A stretch of DNA of 62,659 bases, counting the filler. It is 7 parts of 7 records of this genome, joined end to end, with 100 filler letters (N's around TTAATTAATTAA, not from the genome) between each part and the next. Parts side by side here need not be neighbours in the genome. Positions count along the whole stretch, not along the records: positions 8,000 to 15,549 come from SRR31156797_21730; positions 15,650 to 28,601 come from SRR31156797_21741; 5 more parts are not named here. One strand, given 5' to 3'. Of the stretch, positions 10,290 to 19,917 are shown in pieces (position 1 is the first letter of the stretch; each line of letters starts with the position of its first letter). Both the position numbers and the translations under genes were made by a program. A model generated the notes under the pieces. That model was not told the origin of the DNA. It saw only the letters and a program-made list of their open reading frames with translations, and searched no databases.

Positions 10290-11594
10290 TCAGAAAGACG
10301 AAATATTTTTGCAGGCATCCTTTTTTGGCAGCTTAATGTGGAAAGTCGAGCCCTGGTTTTCCTTGCTTTCAACGCTGATATTTCCCTCGTGGCGCTGGAT
10401 AATACGCTGACAAATATTTAGACCTAGGCCCACACCGGAATATCTTCTTGTAAGGGAACCATCGCCCTGATAAAAATCATCAAAAATATGGGACAAATGC
10501 TCTTCAATGATGCCAACACCCCGGTCCTGTATGCTAAGGTGCAGGTGTTCATTAGTTTCTTTTACAGATATAGTAACAGTACTTCCCGAAGGAGAGAACT
10601 TGATGGCATTGTCAAGCATGTGGCTTAGTACACGAAATAGCTTTTTACCGTCACCGTAAATAATAGGAACCCTGTCCGGATAGTTGGTCTGGACTTTGAG
10701 ATTCTTGGAAGCAAATGATCTGGTTAAACTAATAGTTGAAGCTTCAATAATATCAAGTATATTTAGTGGGTTAGATTCATAAAAATTTTCATTGGAATGC
10801 TCTCTGCCAAGATACAGGACTGAATCAACGATCCTCTCCAGCTTACCGACATTAAGAAGTGAATTGTCAAGGGCTTTTTTTTGCTCTTTATTAATAGATC
10901 CAAGGCAACTATCGTGTAAAAGTTCAGTATAGCCTTTGATTATTGAAAGAGGTGTTTTTAATTCATGACTAAATGACGACATCAACGTATTTTTCATCAT
11001 TTTAAGTGACTCCAGTTTTTCCTTGTTTCTGAGAGACTCTTTTTCGTAGGATTCAAGCTTTGATTCACAGTCATTAATTTTAAGAGCATTAAAACCCGAG
11101 CTAAGCAATAAGTGTATAAGCAGGTTAAAACAGTCTATTTTTTCGTTGATATCATTTTTACTTAGCACTGGAATGGTAGAAATAGGGGGCAGAGAGAAAG
11201 CAGAATCATGAAGTAAACAATCTTCATGTTTCTTAAAACCTTCAGGTGCAGGTTCCCGGAAGAAGAACTGACCGGATATTACCGTTGCCAGGTACTTTCC
11301 TTTAAAGAGGACAGGAACTTCGATGCATGCAAGACCTGCACTACAGCTGTATACACGACACTCGTTTTTTGTAGTTCCTAGGAATTTAATTTTGACTTTG
11401 TCTCCAATACACTTTTCCACGTGTGCCTTTCCAACACCATGAAATCCGGAACATATGGCTTTCAGACCTGAGGACATAATGCTATTTCCATCAGTATCAA
11501 CAAGATCAAATGAAAGATCAGGAGTTCTGTCAAAACGGACTATCAATTCCTGAAGTTCAGATATATCGACTAAATCAGTAAATTTATAATCCAT
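10290..11594 (-). CDS. PocR-sensor histidine kinase
   Basis: N-terminal PocR-type domain (LVDISELQEL, C..FH, CSAGL, SGQFF); H-box SHELKTPL; N box DNAIKF; DRGVGI; GVGLGL. Confidence 0.88.
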   Translation of the reverse strand: MDYKFTDLVDISELQELIVRFDRTPDLSFDLVDTDGNSIMSSGLKAICSGFHGVGKAHVEKCIGDKVKIKFLGTTKNECRVYSCSAGLACIEVPVLFKGKYLATVISGQFFFREPAPEGFKKHEDCLLHDSAFSLPPISTIPVLSKNDINEKIDCFNLLIHLLLSSGFNALKINDCESKLESYEKESLRNKEKLESLKMMKNTLMSSFSHELKTPLSIIKGYTELLHDSCLGSINKEQKKALDNSLLNVGKLERIVDSVLYLGREHSNENFYESNPLNILDIIEASTISLTRSFASKNLKVQTNYPDRVPIIYGDGKKLFRVLSHMLDNAIKFSPSGSTVTISVKETNEHLHLSIQDRGVGIIEEHLSHIFDDFYQGDGSLTRRYSGVGLGLNICQRIIQRHEGNISVESKENQGSTFHIKLPKKDACKNISSF

Positions 11595-11829
11595 TTCTAA
11601 CTCCTTGTAGTCCTAGTCTTAAAAAACCAGTTAATTACACAAATTTATTTTGCTGTCTAAACAGCTTTCTTGTATATATAGACATAAGAACCAAAGATAC
11701 TTATATTTTTAAGAAAATTAATATAATGCTAAAAATAGTACAACTGTCCACATTGATGGAAACACATATATACGAGATTATATGGCTGAATATAAAAACA
11801 AACTAACAGTACAAACTATTTAGAATCGC

Positions 11830-11912
11830 TATAAGGAATGGCAAAAGTCGTATGACGAGAACTAGAGGGGATATGTAATATATTATAAATGCAACTCGAC
11901 TTTTGCCTAATA
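11830..11912 (-). ncRNA. Candidate archaeal small RNA
   Basis: 11-bp perfect inverted repeat GGCAAAAGTCG (11840-11850 and 11897-11907) enclosing TCCCCTCT on the minus strand; TTTATA box about 24 nt upstream. Confidence 0.45.
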
Positions 11913-11987
11913 TAGCTTCGACATTATGAAATATAAACCTATCTGTAGTATATAAATGGATCATTAAATATTTTAATGATTCAAAAT

Positions 11988-12683
11988 TTATAAATTTATT
12001 GAGCTCCCTATTTTCATGATTTCAACCCTAGCATTTGATACTGATTTTACATTCTGGCTAAAAATTACTGGATCCTGCTTAATCACATCAAATGTATTGT
12101 AATGCATTGGAATGACAATTTTTGGACGCAACATCTCAACTGCAACTGCGGCATCTTCTGCATCCATGGTATATCTGCCCCCTATTGGAAGAATAGCAAT
12201 ATCCGGACAATAAAGCTCTGAAATAAGCCTCATATCACTAAAAACACCCGTATCACCTGCATGATAAACAGAAACCTCTCCTGCCTTTATGACAAAGCCT
12301 GCTGCTTTGCCACCATCAAAACTCCATCCAGACTCGTCTATAGACGATGAATGTCTTGCATCGGTCATTATGAACTGAATACCACTAAGCTCGACTTTGC
12401 CCCCAATATTCATTCCCAGAGTTTTAATTTTCTTTGATTTCAGATATTGCGATATCTCATGAATACACACCACAGTACAATTCGTCCTTTTAGCTATACT
12501 TAAAGTATCTCCAAAATGGTCATTATGTCCATGGGTCACTGCAATAATATCAGGATCAAGGTCCTCAGCTTTTACGGCAGCTTTGGGATTCTCAGATATA
12601 AAAGGATCAATTAGTACTGTTGTCCCCAAAACACCTAACTGGAAACAGGAATGACCAAGCCATGTTAGTTTAAAGTTGTTCAT
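11988..12683 (-). CDS. Metal-dependent hydrolase, metallo-beta-lactamase fold (UPF0173-like)
   Basis: WLGHS, IDPF, THGHNDH, HAGDT, LPIGG and PMHY motifs. Confidence 0.92.
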   Translation of the reverse strand: MNNFKLTWLGHSCFQLGVLGTTVLIDPFISENPKAAVKAEDLDPDIIAVTHGHNDHFGDTLSIAKRTNCTVVCIHEISQYLKSKKIKTLGMNIGGKVELSGIQFIMTDARHSSSIDESGWSFDGGKAAGFVIKAGEVSVYHAGDTGVFSDMRLISELYCPDIAILPIGGRYTMDAEDAAVAVEMLRPKIVIPMHYNTFDVIKQDPVIFSQNVKSVSNARVEIMKIGSSINL

Positions 12684-12748
12684 GTATCGGAAATGTTTTT
12701 TGAAAATAATAGTCTATCGGCAAGTATAATTGCAAAAGAATCTAAAAG

Positions 12749-13909
12749 ATGAACATGAAAATTGGCGTGGTTATCCATGGACCGGATGTTGTGGATTCAG
12801 GAATGGCAAAACAAGTCATAGAGAAGTTAAAGGATTATGGCCAGGTATCTGCCATTATGGCAGGGACCATAGGTAAAACTGCCGTTCTTGATGCTCATCT
12901 CGAAGATCTTATCGATATTAAAAAAAGCCTGAAACCAAGCAGATGCATAGAAGAATTCTTCCGGACAAAAGATATTGTTATTCTTTTAAATCATGGGAAA
13001 AACACAGAAAATGGTCTTCTTTTTGCAAACATCGTTGTTTCCAGGATTAAAAATCGTCATAAAAAACCCCTGATTCATATTGAAAGACCCGGATGTCCGA
13101 ATGGAAAAATTGTACCCTGGAACTTATCTGCAAAAGATTTCGCCCGGAAAACCGGAACTTTTCTTCAGCTTGAAGTTACAGACATTCCTGAACTTGTGAC
13201 TCCAATAAGTGTGGAAGACCATGGTCATCGGATTATCAGAAATGTATATGGTGTTCATAAAGGGGAGAAAATAATGATTAATGGCATAATTGTGGGCTTT
13301 GCCAGGTCAGAGGACATAAAGATCATCAGTGAGGATGGATTTATAAAGAAAATAGAAGGTGCGAGAGTCAAGGAACATGGGCTGGAAAAATTGCATGGAT
13401 ACGACCAGAAAATACCTGTTGACCTGAGGACATGCTGGGTGAAAAGTGGTCCATTAAGAGGAGATAACTTTTCTGTTCGTAATGAAGATAAAGGTTTCAA
13501 ATACATGTCCCATGATGAAAAAATTGATGTAAATCCTGAAAAGGGACTTAAAGCTGTTCTAATAGATCATGAAGCTGAAAAAACCTTTGAACTGGCTGAA
13601 GGTGCCAGTATTGCGGTTACAATTGGGGATGACACTACCGATATTGCAGCGGATATACTCTACAGGCTAAAAATACCAGTCATTGGGATTACAGACGGAG
13701 ATATAGATGGATTTTCACATTTGAAACACATTTGCACAGGTTCTACAATAATAAGGTTGAAGTCAGGCACTGATGATATAATAGGAAAAGAGATACGAGA
13801 GCAACTATTTAATGGAGAATATTTTGCCTATTTTAATACAATAGAATTGATCAAGAACAAAATATTCCATATTTCGAATAGATATTTCTTATTTAGAAAA
13901 GATTATTAA
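12749..13909 (+). CDS. DUF2117 family protein (methanogen-associated)
   Basis: IGVVIHGP..DSG, GTIGKTAVLDA, TIGDDTT and GITDGD motifs. Confidence 0.8.
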   Translation: MNMKIGVVIHGPDVVDSGMAKQVIEKLKDYGQVSAIMAGTIGKTAVLDAHLEDLIDIKKSLKPSRCIEEFFRTKDIVILLNHGKNTENGLLFANIVVSRIKNRHKKPLIHIERPGCPNGKIVPWNLSAKDFARKTGTFLQLEVTDIPELVTPISVEDHGHRIIRNVYGVHKGEKIMINGIIVGFARSEDIKIISEDGFIKKIEGARVKEHGLEKLHGYDQKIPVDLRTCWVKSGPLRGDNFSVRNEDKGFKYMSHDEKIDVNPEKGLKAVLIDHEAEKTFELAEGASIAVTIGDDTTDIAADILYRLKIPVIGITDGDIDGFSHLKHICTGSTIIRLKSGTDDIIGKEIREQLFNGEYFAYFNTIELIKNKIFHISNRYFLFRKDY

Positions 13910-14015
13910 TTATTAAGTGTTTTAAATTTGCGCATATATAACTTTAAATATAATAATGTCATAGTAGTACTAGAAGCTCATTAGAGCACTAATTAAAATA
14001 AGGGGTTATTTAATT

Positions 14016-14396
14016 ATGAAAGACTTTGAAGTAAAAATACTTGATGATACAGACTATAAGTTCATTGAAGCACTGAAAAGCCTGGGTATGTCACGGAATG
14101 TTGCAACCACATTGACCTATCTTTCCAATGTGAATGAAGCATCTTCTCAGGAGATTGAAATGAGCACAGGTCTTAGACAGCCGGAAGTAAGCGTTGCCAT
14201 GAGGCACATGCGTGAAAGAAGCTGGATCGACATACACAACAAAAAGGCAGTCGGAAAAGGCAGGCCTACAAAGATCTACAGACTTTCTGCTCCAGTTGAA
14301 GATATTATCAAGCACTACGAACAGAAGATCATAGAAGACACAAAGACAACGATGGACGCTATCACCAAGCTTAAAGACATCACAAAAAGAATGTGA
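14016..14396 (+). CDS. Archaeal winged-HTH transcriptional regulator (ArsR/TrmB-like)
   Basis: EIEMSTGLRQPEVSVAM and GKGRP motifs. Confidence 0.85.
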   Translation: MKDFEVKILDDTDYKFIEALKSLGMSRNVATTLTYLSNVNEASSQEIEMSTGLRQPEVSVAMRHMRERSWIDIHNKKAVGKGRPTKIYRLSAPVEDIIKHYEQKIIEDTKTTMDAITKLKDITKRM

Positions 14397-14421
14397 AGTT
14401 TTTAGGTGTGTCCGGCCAGTC

Positions 14422-14634
14422 TTATCCCTGTGATTCAATACACATGATAGTTAAGTTGCCGGGCACAGCAATTCCATCAAAAGGAACTGCTTTTTTTTCT
14501 TTTAAAATAAGGACTGTTTCTTGGTTTATACCAAGAATGTCCAGAACATTTTCATAAGTGCTTCCATCCGGAACGTCAAGTTTTTTGTTTGAAAGCTCCG
14601 AATTGACCAGTTCAACATTAATACTTATAGTCAA
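14422..14634 (-). CDS. MoaD/ThiS/SAMP-like ubiquitin-fold small protein
   Basis: 70 aa; GSTYENVLDILGINQETVLIL...VP.D pattern; ends SQG; TTG start with GGTGA RBS. Confidence 0.7.
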   Translation of the reverse strand: MTISINVELVNSELSNKKLDVPDGSTYENVLDILGINQETVLILKEKKAVPFDGIAVPGNLTIMCIESQG

Positions 14635-14756
14635 TCTGTGGTCTCACCATCCGTGGACCTGAGATCATCGAGGTTTTCCTGCAACAGTTTTGCATCGAGT
14701 TCTTCGTGTTTCTTTTCACCCTTACGTTCATAGTCTCTTTTATGGAACTTTGACAT
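14631..14756 (-). CDS. Small charged hypothetical protein (41 aa; not in ORF track)
   Basis: MSKFHKRDYERKGEKKHEELDAKLLQENLDDLRSTDGETTD; GAGGTG RBS; stop overlaps the downstream TTG start (TTGA). Confidence 0.7.
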   Translation of the reverse strand: MSKFHKRDYERKGEKKHEELDAKLLQENLDDLRSTDGETTD

Positions 14757-14958
14757 ATACAAAAACACCTCGGATTAAATCTGCTACGATAGGTATTAAC
14801 CTTTTCGGGAAAGAAGTATAGTCTGATTATGATCCGGTTTAAAAACCCCCGGTATTGAAGAAAGAAAAGCTTAATGAGCAAAATATATCGAAGAAAAATA
14901 TAAATGCAACCCGATGTATACTACAGTAGAAATCAAATCCTGACGGTAAAGATTTAAA

Positions 14959-15549
14959 ATGGCCCGGAATAACCAGAACCAAACACTTATAAATTTTATC
15001 GACAAGATTCAGGCCAGAAGCTCTGTATTCTTTTATAGTGAAGACAGTGATGAAGATAAACTGCTTGAACTACTTTCAGAACAAGTCCTTACAAAGAATT
15101 CTTTACCTGTAATTCATATCTACTGGAATGATGGCGAAAAAAGTTGCACTCCAGACTTTAATAAAAGCATTTCATTTACTTTGTTTAAAAATTTCACCAG
15201 CACGTTAATTAAAATAGAGAAACTTTTGGCTGCTGAGGAGCAGGTTCTCATCCTTGCCAATATCAGTACTATCCCACAGGGGCAAAGCAGCAAGCCATAC
15301 CTTCATTTTCTTTCCATACTACTTCGAAAATGCAATATGCATAAAAGTACAATAATGACAATTGCCAGGGAAGAGGACATCAACAACGATATTGTTTCTT
15401 CTTTTAATAACAGGTTTTTACTCAAAAACAGAAGAATAAAGGAAATGGATGATTCAGGCACTGATCTTCGGTATGAAATCACTGGAAATAGTCTGCACCT
15501 TGAACCTTACATGCAAAGTGATATGAGCAAACTGAAAGAAATCTTCAGT
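14959..15549 (+). CDS. Hypothetical protein, 3'-truncated
   Basis: Open frame to the contig end; no recognisable motif. Confidence 0.6.
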
Positions 15550-15649
15550 NNNNNNNNNNNNNNNNNNNNNNNNNNNNNNNNNNNNNNNNNNNNTTAATTA
15601 ATTAANNNNNNNNNNNNNNNNNNNNNNNNNNNNNNNNNNNNNNNNNNNN
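15550..15649. other. Artificial contig spacer
   Basis: N44-TTAATTAATTAA-N44. Confidence 0.99.
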
Positions 15650-15650
15650 A

Positions 15651-16688
15651 CTTTCAAATGGTCCAATTGATGCAGAAGAGGGATGGGTTGCTGATACCTA
15701 TGGTGCCTTAGAAGGTCAAATCAATGCTTGGCCCCTTGATGAGAATATGATTGATTATACAACTGATGCAAATGGGCAACGAACTTCTGGAAATATCATT
15801 GATACAAAAGGGGATTTCAACCCTGGTGGTGAAGGAAGTAGCAGCGTTGATGTAACAGCTATTAATATTGATGCGATCACTGCTTTAAATGAAAATGGTG
15901 GTGAAGCAAATGTTGCAACAGGATATCATGCAGTTGAATTTTTACTATGGGGACAAGATCAAGACTATGCAAACTTTGTCAAAGATAGTGTAACAAATGG
16001 TCCACTTACAGCAGGTCAAAGACCACTGAGCGATTTTACTACAGATAAAGATGCGCAAAGAAGATTAGACTACTTAAAAGCAAGTAGTGATAAAATCGTA
16101 GCTGACCTTGAGATCGTAACAAATGCTTGGGAGAAAAAAGTATCAGGAAACTCGGGTCTTTATAGAGAAGCATTTCTTGGGCTTGGTTCACGTGCTATTG
16201 CTAAAGATGAAGCTTTAAAACAGATCTTTGCAGGTATGGGTGTATTTATCAAATCTGAACTAGCAAATGAAAGAATCGCTGTAGCAGTTCTAACTCCAAG
16301 TGAAGAGGATGAACACTCTTGCTTTTCAGATAATACTCACAGAGATATCGCTACAAACTATCAAGGGTTTAAAAATGTGTTAATGGGGACTTATAAAGGG
16401 AAACATTATGGTATGGCTCCTATTGATTCAGTTGACATTGAGACTAAAACACAAATCTTAGACCTTATGGCTTCAATTGAAAATAAGATCGCTTCGATCA
16501 ATGCAATTGCTGATACAAGCAGACATTTTGATTATCAAATTAGACCAAATGATCCTCAAGCAAAAGTGATTGTTAAGCTTAAAAACGAGATGAGAAAACT
16601 TGGTGATATGATGGTAAATGTGGCAAAAGCAAACGGTGTAAGCTTACAAGTAGAAGATGTAACTGATGCAGAAGAAACTAAAATATAG
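15651..16688 (+). CDS. Imelysin family iron-regulated protein (IrpA/IcmP-like), 5'-truncated
   Basis: Frame open from the contig start; INAWPLDE, GYHAVEFLLWGQD, ELANER and EDEHSCFSDNT motifs. Confidence 0.92.
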   Translation, partial: LSNGPIDAEEGWVADTYGALEGQINAWPLDENMIDYTTDANGQRTSGNIIDTKGDFNPGGEGSSSVDVTAINIDAITALNENGGEANVATGYHAVEFLLWGQDQDYANFVKDSVTNGPLTAGQRPLSDFTTDKDAQRRLDYLKASSDKIVADLEIVTNAWEKKVSGNSGLYREAFLGLGSRAIAKDEALKQIFAGMGVFIKSELANERIAVAVLTPSEEDEHSCFSDNTHRDIATNYQGFKNVLMGTYKGKHYGMAPIDSVDIETKTQILDLMASIENKIASINAIADTSRHFDYQIRPNDPQAKVIVKLKNEMRKLGDMMVNVAKANGVSLQVEDVTDAEETKI

Positions 16689-18066
16689 TTTTAGCTTTTT
16701 AAGTGGAGTAGCTCTTGCTACTACACTTCAAGCAAATACTTTACAAAAAGAGTTTGAAAAAAAACACTATACTAGTGATAATTCAAAAAAACTTTTTTCT
16801 CATAGAGTAACAGGTCTTAATGATGAGCAAATAGATCAATTTATCTTAGGGAAAAGCTTTTTTAGAATCCCATGGGTTGAAGCTCCAAGTGCTACTACTG
16901 CAAGAGATGGACTAGGACCTCTTTTTAGTGCAAACACATGTATTAGCTGCCATCCAAATAATGGAATATCTTCTATTTATACCGATAATGGCGATATAAG
17001 TAGAGGATATGTTTCAAGACTATCTATTCCTAGTAATGGAAGTATGGAACATAAGAATGAACTGACACTCAAAGGATTTGTAAGTGAGCCAGTATATGGA
17101 TCACAGCTAAGTATAAATGGATCTAAAAATGTTCCATTTGAGGGGAAACCAAAACTTACATATAAAAAGATCACCCTAACCTACCCTGATGGAGAAAAAG
17201 TTGAACTTCAAAAACCAATCCATGGAATTGATAATCAAGTAAAAGATTTACAATATGGAGAGATGGATAAAAACACCATTATATCCAATCGTATAGCACA
17301 AAGTTTAGCAGGGATGGGACTTCTTGAAAAAATCACCGATGAACAAATATTAGCCAATGAAGATATTGATGATAGCAATAAAGATGGGATATCTGGAAAA
17401 GCAAATAAAGTGTACTCATTGGAACATAAAACGTATACGCTTGGTCGATATACTTGGAAAGCGAGTGCTCCATCTATTATAGAGCAAACTGCTAATGCAG
17501 CTCATAATGATATGAGTTTAACCAGTCCATTTATCCAAGTAGAAAATTGTACTACCTTTCAAGAAGCCTGTAATAAAGCTCCAAAAGGAGATGCAATTCG
17601 AGCAGGAACTCCACATGATCTGCCACAGCAAAGACTAGAAGCAATTGCTTTTTATCTTAAAAATCTAAAGATCCCAAAATCAACAGTGACAGAAAAAAAA
17701 GGGGAAGAGCTTTTTAATACAATTGGTTGTGCAAAATGTCATATTCCAAGCTTTACTCTATCAAATGGAGCTACGACCAAACCTTATACTGATCTGCTTT
17801 TGCATGATATGGGAGAGGGTTTAAGTGATGGAAGAAGTGAGTTTTTAGCAAGTGGCAGTGAATGGAGAACTTCTCCACTTTGGTCTATTGGAAAGTATGA
17901 ACAAGCTTTAGGGAAAAAACCAAATCTTTTACACGACGGTCGTGCAAGAACTATCGAAGAAGCGATCCTTTGGCATGGAGGAGAAGCACTAAAAGCACAA
18001 AACTCTTTTATGGAACTATCTTCTGAAAACAGAGAAAAAGTAATTAAATTTATCAAGGAGTTATAA
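16666..18066 (+). CDS. Di-heme oxidoreductase (DHOR/DUF1111, IrpB-like)
   Basis: DGLGPLF...CISCH and CAKCH; PYTDLLLHDMG, WRTSPLW, LHDGRAR and AILWHGGEA motifs. Confidence 0.92.
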   Translation: MQKKLKYSFSFLSGVALATTLQANTLQKEFEKKHYTSDNSKKLFSHRVTGLNDEQIDQFILGKSFFRIPWVEAPSATTARDGLGPLFSANTCISCHPNNGISSIYTDNGDISRGYVSRLSIPSNGSMEHKNELTLKGFVSEPVYGSQLSINGSKNVPFEGKPKLTYKKITLTYPDGEKVELQKPIHGIDNQVKDLQYGEMDKNTIISNRIAQSLAGMGLLEKITDEQILANEDIDDSNKDGISGKANKVYSLEHKTYTLGRYTWKASAPSIIEQTANAAHNDMSLTSPFIQVENCTTFQEACNKAPKGDAIRAGTPHDLPQQRLEAIAFYLKNLKIPKSTVTEKKGEELFNTIGCAKCHIPSFTLSNGATTKPYTDLLLHDMGEGLSDGRSEFLASGSEWRTSPLWSIGKYEQALGKKPNLLHDGRARTIEEAILWHGGEALKAQNSFMELSSENREKVIKFIKEL

Positions 18067-19025
18067 TGAGAATTTTAGTTGTAGTAACCTTACTACTAAA
18101 TAGTCTATTTGCCAATGAGTATTTAGAATCAATTTATGAGAATATATTGATTAAAAATACAAAAACAGCAATAGAATCAACGAATAAGTTACAAAAAACT
18201 ATTCAAAAACAAGATGCAAAAAAAGCCAAAGAACTTTTTAGTGACCTTGTAAAAGAATGGAAAAGTGTCCAAGCATTTTATATCTTAGGTGACCTTGATA
18301 GTAGTTATATTGATATTCCTAGATATATTGATACTTTTCATCATGGAAATGAAGATATAACCGTCCAACTTCAAAGAGTGGTAAAAAGTGATGATGATCT
18401 AAGTATCTCACTTTTTAAACACTCCTTTAAAACGATCAATGCTCTTGAATATATCTTATTTGAACAAGATATAAAACAGCAAAGAGTAAAAGATATCGCT
18501 GTAACTATTACGGAGACTATCAAAGGATATCTTCAAGATATACAAACAGGATATAAGGAGACAAAACAAGCCTTTATAAATGATGAACAAAAAGCAAATG
18601 CTATGATGCTCAATGCTCTCATTGAAACCTCTTATAAGCTAAAAGAGTGGAGAGTGGGTGATCCTGCTGGGCTTAGTAGAAAGTATAAAAACCATCCCGA
18701 TAATAGTAGAGGGGAGTATTTTATCTCAAAGAACTCTTTTTATGCGATTGAAGCGATCCTTGATACCCATCTTGATATCTTAGGTAAAAGAGATTTTAGA
18801 AATTATGGATCTCTTATAGAATCATATGATATAAAAGAGGAACTACAAGATGCAATATCTCATCTAAAAGATGCAAAACAAAATCTAAGCACACTATCTT
18901 TAGATGATTTTAGTAAAGCAAAACCACTTTACAAGTCTCTAAAAAAAGTGCATATCTCTTATTATATCACTCTTATTGGGAAATTAAAGATCACAGCAAA
19001 GGTACTTGACGCAGATGGAGATTAA
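18066..19025 (+). CDS. Second imelysin-like periplasmic protein
   Basis: Signal peptide; INALEYILF motif; C-terminal DADGD typical of the imelysin-like partner of DHOR. Confidence 0.8.
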   Translation: MRILVVVTLLLNSLFANEYLESIYENILIKNTKTAIESTNKLQKTIQKQDAKKAKELFSDLVKEWKSVQAFYILGDLDSSYIDIPRYIDTFHHGNEDITVQLQRVVKSDDDLSISLFKHSFKTINALEYILFEQDIKQQRVKDIAVTITETIKGYLQDIQTGYKETKQAFINDEQKANAMMLNALIETSYKLKEWRVGDPAGLSRKYKNHPDNSRGEYFISKNSFYAIEAILDTHLDILGKRDFRNYGSLIESYDIKEELQDAISHLKDAKQNLSTLSLDDFSKAKPLYKSLKKVHISYYITLIGKLKITAKVLDADGD

Positions 19026-19917
19026 TTTATACGATCAATTCTTTGCAATGTTTGAATCTAATAAACGACTTTATTGGGTCTATGTTTTATCATCATTGAT
19101 GATAGCTGGACTCTATTTGTCTGTATTTAAAAAGCAAAGACGTATAAATCTAAGCTCTAAATTATGGCTCCATCCAAGCGCACTGCTTGATTATAAATAT
19201 TTTATAGTCTCATTTTTTATAAAAACCCTTTTGATCATCCCTTTTGTTTTGGGGGTAACCGAAGTTTCAATGTTTGTCTATGAATACCTTTTAGATACCT
19301 ATGGATTTATGAAAGTCACTCTATTTTCCTATGAAACAATTATCGTACTGTATACGCTGTGTCTTTTTTTAGTGAGTGATTTTACACGATATTGGATCCA
19401 TAGATGGCTTCATACGATCCCATTTCTTTGGGAGTTTCATAAGGTACATCATAGTCCAAAGGTTTTAAATCCTATGAGTTTTTATAGAGTCCATCCAGTA
19501 GAAAATATCCTTTTTGCTATTCGATATGCTCTAAGTATAGGAAGTGTCACCGGAGTATTTTTATACTTTTTTGGTGCATATATTAGTGTGATGGAAGTAC
19601 TTGGAGCAAATATCTTTTTATTTGTTTTTTCTTTGATGGGATCAAACTTAAGACACTCCCATATCAAACTAACGTATCCTAAAGTGATGGAGAACATTTT
19701 TATCTCTCCATACCAACACCAAATACACCATAGTACAAAACATACCGATAAAAACTTTGGGGGATATTTAGCGATCTGGGATAAAGTGTTTAGATCATTG
19801 GAGTATTCAAAAGATGTCAAAACAGTGAAATTTGGGCTTGGAGGGGGAGAGTTTAACTCTGTCTCCAAACTTTTATTTCAACCATTTATCAATATAGGAA
19901 AAAAATATGCAAAATAA
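19006..19917 (+). CDS. Sterol desaturase/fatty-acid hydroxylase family membrane di-iron protein
   Basis: His boxes HRWLH, HKVHH, RHSH and HQIHH; KNFGGYLAIWD; start probably the internal ATG (MEINL). Confidence 0.9.
   Translation: MTQMEINLYDQFFAMFESNKRLYWVYVLSSLMIAGLYLSVFKKQRRINLSSKLWLHPSALLDYKYFIVSFFIKTLLIIPFVLGVTEVSMFVYEYLLDTYGFMKVTLFSYETIIVLYTLCLFLVSDFTRYWIHRWLHTIPFLWEFHKVHHSPKVLNPMSFYRVHPVENILFAIRYALSIGSVTGVFLYFFGAYISVMEVLGANIFLFVFSLMGSNLRHSHIKLTYPKVMENIFISPYQHQIHHSTKHTDKNFGGYLAIWDKVFRSLEYSKDVKTVKFGLGGGEFNSVSKLLFQPFINIGKKYAK

Noticed and set aside
14618-14881. 87-aa minus-strand ORF from the ORF track
   Set aside because: It overlaps the better-supported 41-aa ORF (strong RBS, coupled stop/start) in another frame and has a TTG start.
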